From Macrostomum lignano (lineage: Eukaryota), in contig NIVC01002907.1 of NCBI GenBank assembly GCA_002269645.1, forward strand, positions 1-64,000: DNA of 64,000 nt. The letters are read 5' to 3'. Under the pieces are notes generated by a model. That model did not search any database. It was not told the origin of the DNA and worked only from the letters and a program-made list of their open reading frames with translations. The translations under genes and the position numbers were made by a program. Below are positions 24,679 to 37,887 of this stretch, piece by piece; position 1 is the first letter of the stretch; each line of letters starts with the position of its first letter.

Positions 24679-26826
24679 GATTATCAATAGCAAACCATAA
24701 CCCGGCTTGCGAAACCTAAGATCCCTTGCGAGAACAGGACCTGTTTAAGTGCAGTTGGAACTTTTATAGTGCTCCCAGTGATAAACTTAAACAGGAAATC
24801 AGGAAAACAGGAAAGATAGAGAGGTATGGAAATTCTTGCAAACTTCGCCAAAGACATGACACAAGCCGGAATACGATTGTCCTGAGGCTTCACATTCGTA
24901 CTGCAAAGATCAGCTTCAATAGTCTGTTTGCGCTGAAAGTGTAACTGACTTTAACGCCCGTTTCGTCGGGAAATTTTTTTATTCATTATCTTATTGCATT
25001 CGTTTAAAATGTTAATATACAGTGTAAAAATCAGCACCCTCTTGGGGAGAGCATTTGATAAGTAATAATCATTATAATCCTCACTCAGCTCTCTTCTATC
25101 CTCTGTCATCTTCTCTGTCATCTATTCCCTCTCCTTTCTGGCAATAATACTAATACTATTGTATATTGTAATTAGTAAATCAAAATCGCATTCAATGTCA
25201 AGTTTTCTATTGTTCAAATAAATAAGCTGCGCGCATTTTCGACAAACAACTATTAAAATATCATTTATAGCATATCCGATTTGATTTTATTTTGATATAC
25301 ACAAACTTATTTATTCACTTTTAATTTGATTGAGAGGTAGATGAAGAGAGCTCTCAAAACTGCGAAGCACTTTTGTGTACAGAAGAAAAGAAAGCAGAGT
25401 TGTTAGCTTTTTATGCACACGATCAATTTAAAGTAGAATGGCCCTATTCATGGGAGCAAGATAATGATTACAATAGGAGCGAGCCAGGCCTCACTGCGTG
25501 GGCCATTGAATCATTCTTTTTCGCTTTCGACACTGTGCGACTGACTGGTTCGAAGGTACGCCAGTGCAAACGAAAGATTTATACGAGCGGGGCGCAAGGC
25601 AAGCTCAGAGAAAGGTGGACGAGAATTAACAAGCATTTTTGAGAACTGAAGAATAGCCTGTCTAATGGAGAGCCTGGGCTTAGGGCTCAAATTGTTATTA
25701 CAAGCAAGTGTACACATACTTTTGGTGCTGTAATACTTTGAAAACATTCACAAATAGTATCGTACGTGCATAGGCATTGCTGCAGATTAGCAAACAGATT
25801 TTTCAACTGTTTCAAATGAGCAAGGGCATATATGTGACTCAATATAACCAATATAAGAGCCGTACGCTCGTAGCAGGACTCAAAATCAACATGTAAAGCG
25901 TTGAACAAAAGTCAACAAACGACAAGCTTTGAGTATAAAAAAGCCATTAGACTTTATCAACTACGGACAGGTTTCCTCAGATTATACTTACAAAAATTGT
26001 TTGTCTTCATATTTATATCCATTTTCGTAGCGAAACAAGGATATAAATACGGGTAAAACTTACTGTACACTTGATTTAGTGTGCGAGTTACTTTAAAGTC
26101 GACCAGATATTTTATTCTGAACTATAGCAAGTTCTCGGGCCATCTTAGCGGGCCCTCAGCATCAGATGAAAGTCAAACCAGGGTTTTAGTCATTGACTGT
26201 CCCTGATTTTGCTTCACACGGAAAGAAAACTGGCATGGCTAACAGTTCATGTGCAGCTATGAGATATAGTTGCTCGTGCGAGAAGATACGTACATGTAAT
26301 ATGGTCTGAGAAATGCTACATTAGACATATGGAGGGAGACACTTCCACGCAAAATGGACCTCGACTTCTGCTGCTGATCCCAAGGTTTGCTGCTGCAGTC
26401 AGGTGAAGGTCTGCTGTATCCGTGCAAAGTCGCTTTTTGAATTATGCTGGCCCTCAGAACTCTACGGCCCTATACGAGTATAGCAAGTCAGAAAGCTTTT
26501 CGTATTGTCTATGGCCTAACCCATTCTGTAGGCATTTAACTTTGGATGTCTGTTTCCTGCAACTTTGTAGCTAGTTAGCTAGCCAGCTAGGCCAGATAAA
26601 TTCTACAACGCTTTTAATTGGTCGAGCCATTTATTTGGCCCGGTCAGATAAATTAACCATAGACTAAAAGACCGGGACCTAAAGGGGGATAAATTCTGAA
26701 AGCTGCTGAGCTTCTAGATGTCTAAAAATCGATTCGGCCTCCAAATTTCGGGGTCGTGTCCACTTCCATACATCCAAGCGGTGTTTCCAGGCCGGTCAGA
26801 GTTGGGGGCAACAGCTTATCCTGGGG

Positions 26827-28139
26827 TCAAACTCGCCAGTAATCCGGAGCCGGTTGTGGCGGACTCCTACTACCCAGTGTGACATCGGCGTTGTACCGAC
26901 TGCGCACCGCTGGAGGTCCGGCTGCGCCGCTACTGAATCCGTTCTGGTAGTGTGGTTGCTGCTGCGGTTGGTACTGCAGATGCCGCGACAGCTTGGGGTG
27001 GTGATGGTGGTACATCTTAGTGTCCGAATAAGTGTATGTGTGCATACTCTTGGCGCCGTTGACAGCGACTGATCTGGACGATTGCGGAGTCGTCGTGTTG
27101 ACTGTTAGCGCCGATGTCGCGGCCGAAGCAGATGAGCGTGAGCGCGACACCGAGTGCCGACTCGAGGATTTGATGCCAAACAACCGCCTCAGCGAGAAAC
27201 GCTTGGATCCGCCGCTTCCTTGCGCAGGCGCGGACGCGGTTGTTGCCGCGGCTGGCAGCTGCTGACGATGCTGGAGCCCATCGCCGGTGACCAGCGGGCG
27301 AGTGTGCACCGCCCGGTGCAGCACAGCCGATGGCTGCAGACTGCGGCGCTGGTCGTGGCCTTCATGAGGATGATCGAAGTCAGAAGTTGAACGCGATGGA
27401 GGCGGCGGCAGCGGCTGCCCTCTGCCTGGCCAAGGACCGCGGGGCGCCATGGTGAAAATCACCCGACCGCCGCCCGTATTCAGCTGTGTGGAGCGGAGAG
27501 TTGTGACCATCATTTAGTCAGGCTGGTGTTCCAATCGGCTTCAGCATGATTCAGTTTCTACGAGTATCAGATACATGTACCATGTTCTTGAACTTTAGAC
27601 ACTCCTGAAGTCCAGAGCCACCATCCTGAAGTGTAGGGCTACCCTCTGGAAGTTATATAGAGTCAACCTATGGAAGTGTAGAGCTACCCTCTGGAAGTAT
27701 AGAGCTACGTACCCTCTGGAAGTGTAGAGCTACTCTCTGGAAGTGTACAGCTACCCTCTGGAAGTGTACAGCTACCCTCTGGAAGTGTAGAGCTACCCTC
27801 TGGAAGCGTAGAGCTACCCTCTGGAATCGTAGAGCTACCCTCTGGAATCGTAGAGCTACCCTCTGGAAGAATCTCACTCACCTCAAATTCGCTGTCTGCA
27901 TCGCCCTGAGCAGCGCTATTGCCGAAGCGCAATCGACCTTCGCCATCTCTACGATCGGCGCCGTCAGCCGCCGCCACCGCTGCCTCGTCTTCCTCCGGCA
28001 GCAGCCAGTTGCTGCCCCATCCGGCGCCAGCTGCGCGGGCTTTCGGCGCCGCCAGCGTAACGTCGTCAAATCGACGCTCGTCGGCCGAATTGGTTGGCGG
28101 AAACGGCGAGCACCAGCGCCTGTCGTTGGCTGCCGACAT
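26827..28139 (-). CDS. Uncharacterised low-complexity protein, about 304 aa; exons 28139-27882 and 27483-26827
   Basis: GC-rich coding-like ORFs joined by a phase-0 GAG|GTGAGT ... CACAG|CTG intron. Acceptor cttcag 3 nt before the ATG. No recognisable domain. Confidence 0.6.
27625..27868. repeat. 21-bp intronic minisatellite (gtagagctaccctctggaagt)
   Basis: Direct tandem repeats. Confidence 0.9.
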
Positions 28140-28748
28140 TTTCTGAAGTTCTCTCGGCAAACCAGATGCCTTTTGTGAGCTTCACCTTATCCGCTAATAG
28201 ATTGTGCTTCTTTTATGCTGAAGTCTGTTTTGATTCTCTTAACGCCTCCTGCTTTTAGCAATGAATAATAAGTTTTCAAACTCTTCTCTTCACTTTTTAA
28301 TGGCTTCGCTGCATTTTAGCCAAGTCGAAGGCCAAGATCGAATGGGATTTCTCGAAGCTGAAAAATATTTGTCTCCTACTTTCTGCGAAATCTAAAAAAG
28401 CCCCGACAACAGAGTAGAAGTTTCGCCACAATCAGCTCAGGAAAGAAAAAAATTCATGGGGTAACTAGTGTAGGTAATCCACCCACCTACCCACCCACCC
28501 ACCTGCCCTGCTTGACACAGCCTGCCCGCGGGACAAAAAAAACCACAATCCAAGCCGCGCGCACAGAGACCACAGAGAGACAACATCATGGCTTTCTGGA
28601 GTAATACACGAGATGGAAAAGCAAAAGACTGAACAAAATAATACAGGCAACGCCCGCGAGCTGAGCACAAAATTTTGTTAACCAGCATCTCATCTGTGGC
28701 TGAGTGCATTGCCCGGCGATTGCAGAATGAAGTGCAGAGGCACCTCAA

Positions 28749-28785
<37 letters not shown>

Positions 28786-29404
28786 TTAGTTTACCATTTT
28801 TTATTCTAGTTTCAAGTTGTCCAATCCGACATGCCATCTTCGAGTGTAAGCTGCTCAGTGTACTCTGCAACGCCAAGCCACGCTAATTCTCTACTTTGCA
28901 ATGAACTGAAAAGGGCCGACTCTTGAGAGCGGGGTTATCATTTCGATTGAAGTTGCCCGGAGTAGAAGTACGAACTCTCGTTCATGGCTCTTGGTGACCT
29001 CTGTTTGTATTTTCTTCTGTAGCAGAGTGAGCTACAGCATAGTGACTTGTCGCTGGCATATCGCTTTTAAGCAGTTTTTGCTCTATTAGGGGCGTATTGG
29101 ATTGCCGAAAGTACTGGGTCGCTTTCAAATCAGATGCAGACAGGTACTCGTATTACTGTACGATAGCTATTGTGCATGCAATTCGATTTTCAATTTTACG
29201 CCATCAATTAAAATATTACGCACTTGGTTTGGTAGTATTTAAATCAGTAGTAGTTAAAGCGTTTTTACATATATTTTTTTCTCGAAGCTACATGTATAAG
29301 GCTTCATAATTTGAACTCTTCATTAGCTAAAGTATTAAGCTTGCTTACAGACGCAAAATGAAGCTTGGTACAATAAATTCATAGAGGATGTCTTGGGAGC
29401 TGAT

Positions 29405-29555
29405 GTATGTTGTTGTGTGTCTAACTCAGCAACCTCAGTGTTCAACAATATGTGGTGTATGTTGCTGTGTGTCTAACTCAGCAACCTCAGTGTTCAATAA
29501 TATGTGGTGGTGCATGTTGCTGTGTGTCTAACTCAGCAACCTCAAACAGTTCTGA
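29405..29555. repeat. About three copies of an approximately 52-bp unit (tgtatgttgctgtgtgtctaactcagcaacctcagtgttcaa...)
   Basis: Direct repeats. Confidence 0.75.
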
Positions 29556-30804
29556 ACAATCTATGGTCCTGCGTCTCAGCAAACTCAAAAGATTTCATAG
29601 TGTACTTTTACCAAGCTCAGCAATCGCAAGTAGTTCCCGGTGTAAGTTACAGTAACCAAATTCTGTAAAGCTGACCCCTAAAATCCAATAACCAAAAGTT
29701 GAACAAAAAAACGTATATTTTTAGAAACAGGTTGCGCCATTACTCATGGAACTTGCCTGGCGGGCAGCTTCACAAACTGTGTTCTCCCAATTTAGAACAG
29801 CAATTTTTTGTCAGTTCTAAAAATATTACTGACCGAATAGATAGGTAGCTATATATTTTCTGTAGTGTTTTCTGCAAATTGTATATAACCGTTTCATAAA
29901 TCGACATACTTGACAATCTCCAGGCACCCTAGCTGTACAGTGCATGTACATTGAGCTGCAATCAGAGTCGAGAAGCAAGTTATGATAAGTAAATCGAAAC
30001 AAAATACCAGCTAGAGTGTAGCGATCTTTCAATTTTTTAAAAGTACCTGCGCAAGTCGTTATCGCGCTCTGTCTTTTATTCAATCTTGCAATGCTTGCAA
30101 ACTTTGAGAAATACCTGTGTGTACAGCGAACTGTGGAACATTCTTGCAGTAGCTGAAATTGCAACCGCATTTGTCATTACTTTTACTCGAAATAAGTAAC
30201 GTGTTTTTTACGTGTACGAAGCAATGCTATATGTACATAAACTGATGTGCGAGATACATTGTATGCGCTGGCCTTACTAAACTAATGCTTATTTACACAA
30301 AAATTGAAAGCGGCGATAGTGACTGGACAGCAGTGAGACTTGATTTGGTCCAGGGTGTGGGTACATAAGTTTCAACGAAAATTTACTAAACAATGGAGCG
30401 ACACACTAGTATAAAGTATTTACAAACAGTTTTTAATATTAAAATAGAGGGAGAAAAATCCATTAGTGGTCGTTCGATACCATACACAAAATGCATTTCC
30501 CTTGAAATCACTTTGAGTATTGGCTTAGAAGTCCAGGAAGACAATATTATACAGTATGTTGGTGCAGGGTAAAAAAGTTACATAGCGGCACCTTGTCACA
30601 GAAAGCAACGGCTATACGAGCGTAGAAGGATCGGCACTGCCTCCTAGCCTTTTGTCTTTTAGCTGTCCTGATCAGCACAAAAACTGCATACACTGTATAA
30701 CATAGAAAAACACTGTTTGCGGATGGCTCAATGCGGCTAGTCAGGTACAGGACATTAAACTAACTAAAAATCTGTCTTGTCAGGCTGCAGGCGCATCGCC
30801 AAAG

Positions 30805-31296
30805 TCAATTCTCATTGTCGGCTGCATCGGGGGCTGCGCCGGACATCCGCCTGAGACTGTTAACAATTGAGTGGAGCCAGGAGGACTCTCGAACGATGGT
30901 GAAATCTGCGCTGCTTCGTCGCCTGGCGCTCTGGGCCAGGTTGGTCTGTGGGTGAGGAGAGTCGGGCAAACCTTGAAATATGAGCTTCCTGGTCAGCTTC
31001 ATCTATGCTTATTTTTCGTCTTGCCAAACTTATCAATCGGTTCGAAATTCACCTTTTGAATTGGAGTCTTCATCTCGTAGTAGTCGTCGCCGAACTGCTT
31101 GAGCATAGTTCCAATCGATCTGTTATGGTTGAGCATCTCAAGCGTAGGCACGGATTGACTGCGCGGCCGGTGATGCTGATTCCACAGATTTTCAACCTGG
31201 ACTGCCAGCGGTCGGTAGCCCCGCCTGATCGCTAGTGGTGGCCTCGACAGCTGCAGAGCCTGCCGCTGCTGCTGCTGCTGCTGCTGTTGCTGCTGT

Positions 31297-31331
<35 letters not shown>

Positions 31332-31342
31332 CTCCTCGTTTA
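30805..31342 (-). CDS. 3' exons of an uncharacterised poly-Q protein; exons 31342-31053 and 31002-30805; upstream exon not located
   Basis: Acceptor tgcag|TA, about 22 Q from mixed CAG/CAA codons, AAG|GTGAAT donor, 50-bp intron, catag|ATG acceptor. Phases are consistent through to the stop. Confidence 0.55.
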
Positions 31343-31416
31343 CTGCACATTTTAAAAAAGTGAGCACTTTTGAAGTTATGACACTTACAGTTACAGTTAC
31401 AGTTCGTTTGACAAAA

Positions 31417-31650
31417 GGGGTTGTAGCCTAGTAGTCAGAGTGTCAGACTCAAGACTGAAAGGTTGGGGATTCGATTCTCGACCTTACTCGGAACAATTCG
31501 GAACAACACTTAGCCCCAGTCCATGGACTGAACAGTCGTACGCAGCCTTCAGATGCGCCGCGCAATAGCTGCGGCTGAGCTGTCGGTTGCACTTCTGGCC
31601 CGATTGGGGCAGGAGTAGACAGTCAATTATTGCAAGCATTATTATTTTAT
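31417..31650 (+). mobile_element. tRNA-derived SINE, copy 3 (internal deletion of the central domain)
   Basis: Head ggggttgtagcctagtag, B-box variant, and the 3' part shared with copy 1. Confidence 0.8.
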
Positions 31651-32689
31651 TACTGACATAAAAACTATGCAGCAAATTTTGTTACCAGAGCACTGTGTCT
31701 TGGATTATTCGGTGCAGCTATTTATATCTTCTAAACAGAATTTCTGTAGCAAAAATCACAGACCAGTAGTTAGGTCAAGCTTCAAAAATATACCTGGTAT
31801 CGACAGAACTCACCTTTACTCCGAAGCGTCACCATGCTTTCCAAGTCTGACTCGACGTAAAACCTGGCCGCGTGGGTCTCTGGGTTCTCACTTTTGCCTG
31901 ACATTTTCTCTTGCTCAATTTTACTCTAAGCTGGATTTTAATGTCACTAAGTGAAATAAAATTTATGGTGGGTTGCAAAATTTGCAAGCTAATTAGTCGC
32001 TAGTTGTTTCAATACAACAGTCGAACTGAGCTCTGCTATCTCATGCAGATCAGCCAGCTTTATAGTGTTGCAGACTCGAGTCAGATAAGTTTGCCACGCA
32101 TGCACAGGGCCTATTATTGGCACTGACGCACTATTAACGCTACTTTGAAACCATGCATGCACCCAGCATGCAACCCCTTTTCTCGGACTCCTTTTCCTGC
32201 TACTTGAGCCAATGGAGTTGGTCGGGAAAGACAGCACGTGAGGGAAACGATATTTGGCAGTGAATAATAATAGCCTTGCATATTAGCTATATTTATTTTA
32301 ACACCTTAGTAGAAAACAAATTGTACATTGCATCATCTCTTCGGCTAAAATAAACTGCACTGGGTCAATCCGCTTCCTTTTTCCTGTTATCTTATTTGCT
32401 CACATGATCTCCCTTTGAGTTTCATGTTCTGAAATCGGGGCCCTTGTAGTGACATCATTTGCCCACCAAATATCGAACCATTTTAACCAGTTCAAACCAG
32501 CTGAGCTGAAAATCGACGTAAGTTATTTGGAGTTATTAGTTGAAACATTTTAAACAGGGATGCCAATCAAAAAGGGGAGGCCCCGTACCAGGTCGCTTTT
32601 TTGGGAGAGGAATTACATCAGGACCCCCTTACAGACAATTTGATCTTATACTTAAAACGGCGTTTCCCTTATTCGACGAGAAACGTCGA

Positions 32690-33020
32690 ATAATCTGCCA
32701 CGTTCATCTGCCACGGCGATCTGTTCCCCAATACTAGCCAGGTCCGCAGAGTCCCAGCGGACTGTCCTCCGTTCGATAATTTGGAGCCCTTTTACCCGAT
32801 CAACGGCTTTGGTTTCAGGTGGTAGTCAAGACTGTCCTGCTGTACAACTCCGCGGGGCGATACACTTTGACTGACGCATTCAAACAAAGACTCGTAAGAC
32901 AACGACGAGTGAGTCACCATAGCGCGCTACTCATTCGCCGCACTGACTTGGCCTAGCTACGACTCCAGTTGGCAGGCCACATCATCCGCGCCAGGTCGTA
33001 CTGTGACGCTACGGATTCTG
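32690..33020 (+). pseudogene. Degenerate RTE-type retrotransposon RT C-terminal fragment
   Basis: Reads LWFQVVVKTVLLYNSAGRYTLT and RLQLAGHIIR, resembling the RTE motifs VLLYxxETWTLT and RLxxAGHxxR. Confidence 0.5.
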
Positions 33021-33244
33021 GTAGGGGACGCTGGTTTTCACACCTGCCATTTGTGTCCTTGGAGTTTATAGGAAAGTTTATTGCCCATTAATAAAGACTA
33101 TAATTCGTCCGACAGTTTCGGTTTAAAAAAAAATTGAAAAGAACTAAAATGAAATTTATTTTTGAAAATGCTCTGGTTTTTTAGAAAAAGAAAATACTCA
33201 TTTCCTGTTATTAAGAAATTCAAACACGCAGGATAAGACGCATT

Positions 33245-34474
33245 TCAGGTGGTGGACAACACTGACATAGGTCGTCGGCTGGATCCTTCTGGAGCGTCCT
33301 GCTGAAGTGATGACAAGTCCACAATTCTATACGGGATCTTCGCTAACTCCAGCATGGGATCCTTTGGATAGTGCGCAAACTGGGCCGGTGGCGGAATTGG
33401 CTGCTCGAAGCCCTCCAGCTTGGTGTAACCTTTCGTCATGGTTTCGCGCCACTTCCTCCAGGGAACGATGATGTCCTCCGGCTCCTTCTTCAGAATCAGA
33501 GGATTGGACTTGTCGGCCGGGTAGAATATCAATGATTGGCAGGCGTTGCAGTTAGGCGGTACTAATGCCGATGTCGGTATATCGTCAATCGTTTCGAGCA
33601 CCGACGGTCGCTCCTCCTGTTTGTCGTCGATGTGGATGCAACGACTGCCCAGTGGTTGGCTGCAGTCGAACTTTAAATCGATGTTGTAGCGCCACTGCAT
33701 AGAGCTGAGAACGTACACTTTGTCCAACTGTGGCCGGAACTGTGAGTAACGCGTATAGTAGCCGTCCTTGGGATTCTTGTCGCCGCGTTCGATGGCCAGC
33801 AGCCAGACCTTGAAGCTCTGACGCCTGGACACCTCGGTCAGCGGGAAAATTTGACCGCCAGATTCGACTCCCCAGTGCATTGTCGGGTAAAAGTAGTCGG
33901 AAAATTTCAGCTCCGTGAACTGACGCTTTGTCACCTGACCGGCTTTTATGTCGATCATTGACTGTCGATGCGAGTAGAACGGCCACTGAGATCCGTTGCT
34001 GTCATTAACCATCGTGTGCAGGCCGGATTTCAATGGTTGAAACTCCCAGCTGTAGTGACCACCCCTGTCGAATTTGTTCACCAAGGTGATATCGTCACAC
34101 GCCTGCGCCAAGCCGATGGTCCAGTCGTGTCCTGCGATTGCATTGTCGAATGAGATTCCAACGCGACATTTAAAGTGCTCGCCGCGCCACTGCATCAGAT
34201 GTCGCTTCTCCGATATGCGCGTCAGCTCACCGTCCTGCGGTCCACAATAGTATGGCTTGACGTAATGGACATTGATGTGCTGGTCTGGCTGGAAGCGGGG
34301 CGTCAGACTAGTTGTCCCGGAGTTCGCGTGGCTCTCACGCATTTGAAGCACGTCATCGTCTAATTCCTGGTTGTCTAGGACATCTTTGGTGATGCGGCAG
34401 TCCTCCTTGTCATCCCATTCCTCAGGAGGCACGTGTCCGTTGCGATTGTGCAGTTCATTCTCTCCCATCATCAA
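33245..34474 (-). CDS. FAM78: FAM78-family protein, intronless, 409 aa
   Basis: WTIGLAQAC, SWEFQPL, VNDSNGSQWPFY, DYFYPTMHW, RRQSFKVWLLA, PLGSR and IPTSALVPPNCN follow the FAM78A/B motif order. Confidence 0.85.
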   Translation of the reverse strand: MMMGENELHNRNGHVPPEEWDDKEDCRITKDVLDNQELDDDVLQMRESHANSGTTSLTPRFQPDQHINVHYVKPYYCGPQDGELTRISEKRHLMQWRGEHFKCRVGISFDNAIAGHDWTIGLAQACDDITLVNKFDRGGHYSWEFQPLKSGLHTMVNDSNGSQWPFYSHRQSMIDIKAGQVTKRQFTELKFSDYFYPTMHWGVESGGQIFPLTEVSRRQSFKVWLLAIERGDKNPKDGYYTRYSQFRPQLDKVYVLSSMQWRYNIDLKFDCSQPLGSRCIHIDDKQEERPSVLETIDDIPTSALVPPNCNACQSLIFYPADKSNPLILKKEPEDIIVPWRKWRETMTKGYTKLEGFEQPIPPPAQFAHYPKDPMLELAKIPYRIVDLSSLQQDAPEGSSRRPMSVLSTT

Positions 34475-35186
34475 TGGTTTGGAGCAACGTCAAGTTGGAA
34501 TAAATTTTCCAGTGTATATATTAACACCACCTCAGATTCAATACGGTATTCACCCCAAGAAGAAGATGATAAGATTTGGGAGCTCTATCAGTTTATTTAC
34601 CTACCATAGACTATGCACTATGCGCTATATGCGCTGGGCACTGATAAATTTCAACTCAAATTTTCATTCATATAGCGGTTTCAACTTTGAACCAGATGTT
34701 TTTTTAGAATCATGCTGATGGTATGATAATGCATCGGTAATCAGCTTGAATTGTATAACTATTTCTCTTTTTACTAGTAGCTACGAGATACTCGTATATT
34801 TCATCTATGTGCAACCCGATGAAATTATACACAGCAAAATGCTCGTTATAGATTGTACACTTACATTACATTTATTGATCAGGGGGAGTAGAGTAAATGA
34901 AACACGGATATTGTGTTTCGGCTACAAATAGTTTCGCATGCAGTCAAAATAATTTTATAACGTATAAAGACGGTGATGCGCAAACGTGGCGCGCAAACTG
35001 GCCAAGTTTGCGATTTGTATATTTGAGCTGGTTCTATTTCTATATCGAAGAAAATGCGACGACGTACATAAATTATGGACCGAGTGCAAACCAAAATGTG
35101 CATTTATGCTACATATAGGTGAATAAAACTCATTCAGAGAAAATAAATGATGTTATTGCAGGGCAACTCACCAACTTTACGCTATT

Positions 35187-36711
35187 ATTAATTGTGGTTT
35201 GGTCAAAATGTTCTGCAACCCACTCTTCTGTAGCCGTTTTTGCATAACCAAATAATCTGAAATGCTTCTCACCGAAGGCTTACTTTGCTATTTACTTGTT
35301 TCATGTAAGGAATTTCGTTCAAATTCATAAGTTTCAGTTACGACTGGACTCCGACCATATCCTGCTTTCAACTTCTACAATACAATAATACAATAAAGCC
35401 CTAGAATTCCAACTTCTGCATGGAACCTTCAAAAGACAATATTCGCTTGTAATGTTTTTTTGTGCAGTAAATTTATATGCGCATGCAGCTGGGTCAAAGA
35501 TCTGTGGTTTACTGCAGCTGCACCCGTCTTTTGACACCGTTGCGCGCCAAATTTGATTTGCCAATTTTCTAACTCGATTTTCCTATTTAATACCTATTTA
35601 AATCGTCGTTATTCGCTAAACGTAAAGTTCTTTCGAAGTTCGTTTTTGTTCATTTTTCGTTCGTTTTTCACGCTTTGAAATATTGCGCGCTAGCAAAATA
35701 CTACATCTTTTTACAAAAAACGCTCTTTCAAATACCTTAATAATTTTACAAATATCGTAACTCGCATCGTAACTCGTGTAAAAATTTAACCTTTTGAGCA
35801 AATTTAACCTTTTGAACTTAATCGTAATTAAACAACTAATGCTAAAATATCTTAAATACACAGAAATATACTGGCCAAACAGGCTTCTTGCCTGAGCCAA
35901 CTTACTACTACTACTACTACTACGATTGTTTGAGCGTCCAAAACGAGAGCCGGTCTCAGTGACGGACATCCGTGACCGACGGGTCAGTGGCCCTCGCATA
36001 AGCCACTGTGCGCAAGGATCGAAGCGTAAAGCAAAGGAGCACAAGGATCGAGCTCGCTATACGTGCGAGCTATGGTAGCGCTCACAACATCATGCAAGAG
36101 CATGCAGCGGAGCAGCGAGCTGAGTCTGTGCCGCACATCTGCGACTGTGGCTGCAGATGTTCGAACCTCAACGGCCGCAGAAGGCTGTCTGACGTCGTGA
36201 CAGGCGACGAATGTAGAACTTCTTCACGATGAAGGGTAAGCAGTCCAACATGGTCTGTCTGATCGAAGATGGGCCTATAAGGCCTGAGGTCATGAAGAGC
36301 GGTTGTGCTGCAGGAGCGGCGGGTGCTGCTGCACCACGACAATTCGGCGGCATTGCACACTGCTACTGCAACTCAGGCATTTCTGGAGCAGCAGGTGGTT
36401 CAGCTGCTGCCCCACTCACCTTACTCAACAGAACTCGCACCCTGCGACTTCTGGATGCTTTCGAAGCTGCGGTCAGTATTTTCTCGGAGGCCATGACAGG
36501 GAGACACCTGGCTCGAACGGTCAAGCAGAACTTAAGAGGACGCCCACATCAAAAGTACCTCAGTTGCTTCCAGGCGGGATGGATACCAATGCACAGTGAT
36601 ATGCATGTAGAAACTGATGAGGTCGAGAATTCGGAGGAATTTGTGCACCATTTTTTCCTGGACATTGTAATAAAGCCACTTGCAGAACTTTTTGATCTGC
36701 ATTCCTCCTAC
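35187..36711 (+). mobile_element. Decayed mariner (Tc1/mariner) transposon
   Basis: Frameshifted transposase motifs VVTGDE and LLHHDNSAALH..LLPHSPYSTELAPCDFW. Imperfect TIRs ggtcaaaatgttctgcaa (35201) and ttgcagaactttttgatc (36680). Confidence 0.75.
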
Positions 36712-37887
36712 TCGTTAGCTCACTCCATTCGATTTATATGTACCTGACTTAGCTGCAGGAGTCCGATGCGCTTGGAATCTCACCCGGCTACTGGTTGATC
36801 CTGGTTGATCCAATATAGTAGTCGTGAAAAGAGATGCTGGGAGTTGGTTGGGGGCCAGCTACATGTACATGTATCGCCCAACTACATGTAATTACGCGAT
36901 CGACTGCCAAGAGATGACACACAACCCTATTTGACATTTTCTTTTTAGAGACACCTTATTATAACGCACTGGTATGCATTTCGGGATAAGAATTAATATA
37001 CGTACCTAGGCCGGGAGAACTAGGGATCTCGACGATATTTAAGTTGTCCTTTTTAGTGCCCGGATCTGCTGCCGTCAGTTCAACATGTCCTAGGGGTGCT
37101 TTGAACACTCTTGGGAACGATCGTATACCCCTTGGGTGGACTTGTGGGAGCGTGGGAAAGGGTTCTCCAGACACCTGCACCAAAAAGATGACATAAGTTA
37201 TGCAAAATTCTGAGTGAAAATATATTTATTGTAAAATAATTAATAAAATTTCACTCGAAAAATTTAAAAACTAACCATATAGCCTGTCTATAGAGTTATA
37301 AATCTGTATAGTTCCGGTTTTAATGCAAAAACGATTTGAGATCAACTCGTTTAATTTGGATGGACAGGTTTTATAAAATTTCTGCGCGGCCGCCGAGGCC
37401 TGTACGAGTGACAATAGACGAATGAAGGAATTACAACTTCCACGAAAAGTAAAATGGATGTCTTGAAAAACTATTGTTAGTCGCTAAAATTAGATACTGT
37501 CCGCCGTCACTTAGGCCCCTATGTTTTAGTAAAGTATTAGACCTATGGCTGGCTATAGTATAAGGTAAAGCTCACGTCTGTAGTCTAGGCTACCAGTCTA
37601 ACAGTCTTGGAGTTAGGCCCTTAGTTGTGCCCATAGCTAGTAGGCCCAGAGCTTAGTTATCTTATCAGTATCTTGGTTTGAAGATAAGATTTAAATCTGC
37701 ATGTTCTTTATATAAACATTGAATCATATAGATAAGGTAGGGACTATGGCATCGTTCTAGTTTACTTCGTTATATTCCAACCCCCCCTACCCTTGAATAG
37801 AGGGCGAAATAATTTAATGCAGTAAACTAGAACTATGCCGGGACTATTCTTATTAATTACATAAGAGGCAGCATAGGCCCTAGAAAT

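Noticed and set aside
25373-25900. Possible Penelope GIY-YIG remnant (QCKRKIYTSG..LRERW..KH)
   Set aside because: Similarity is too weak and no RT is nearby.
36959-37183. Possible terminal exon on the minus strand (also the ORF at 41714-42064)
   Set aside because: No recognisable domain, and no phase-consistent gene model could be built.
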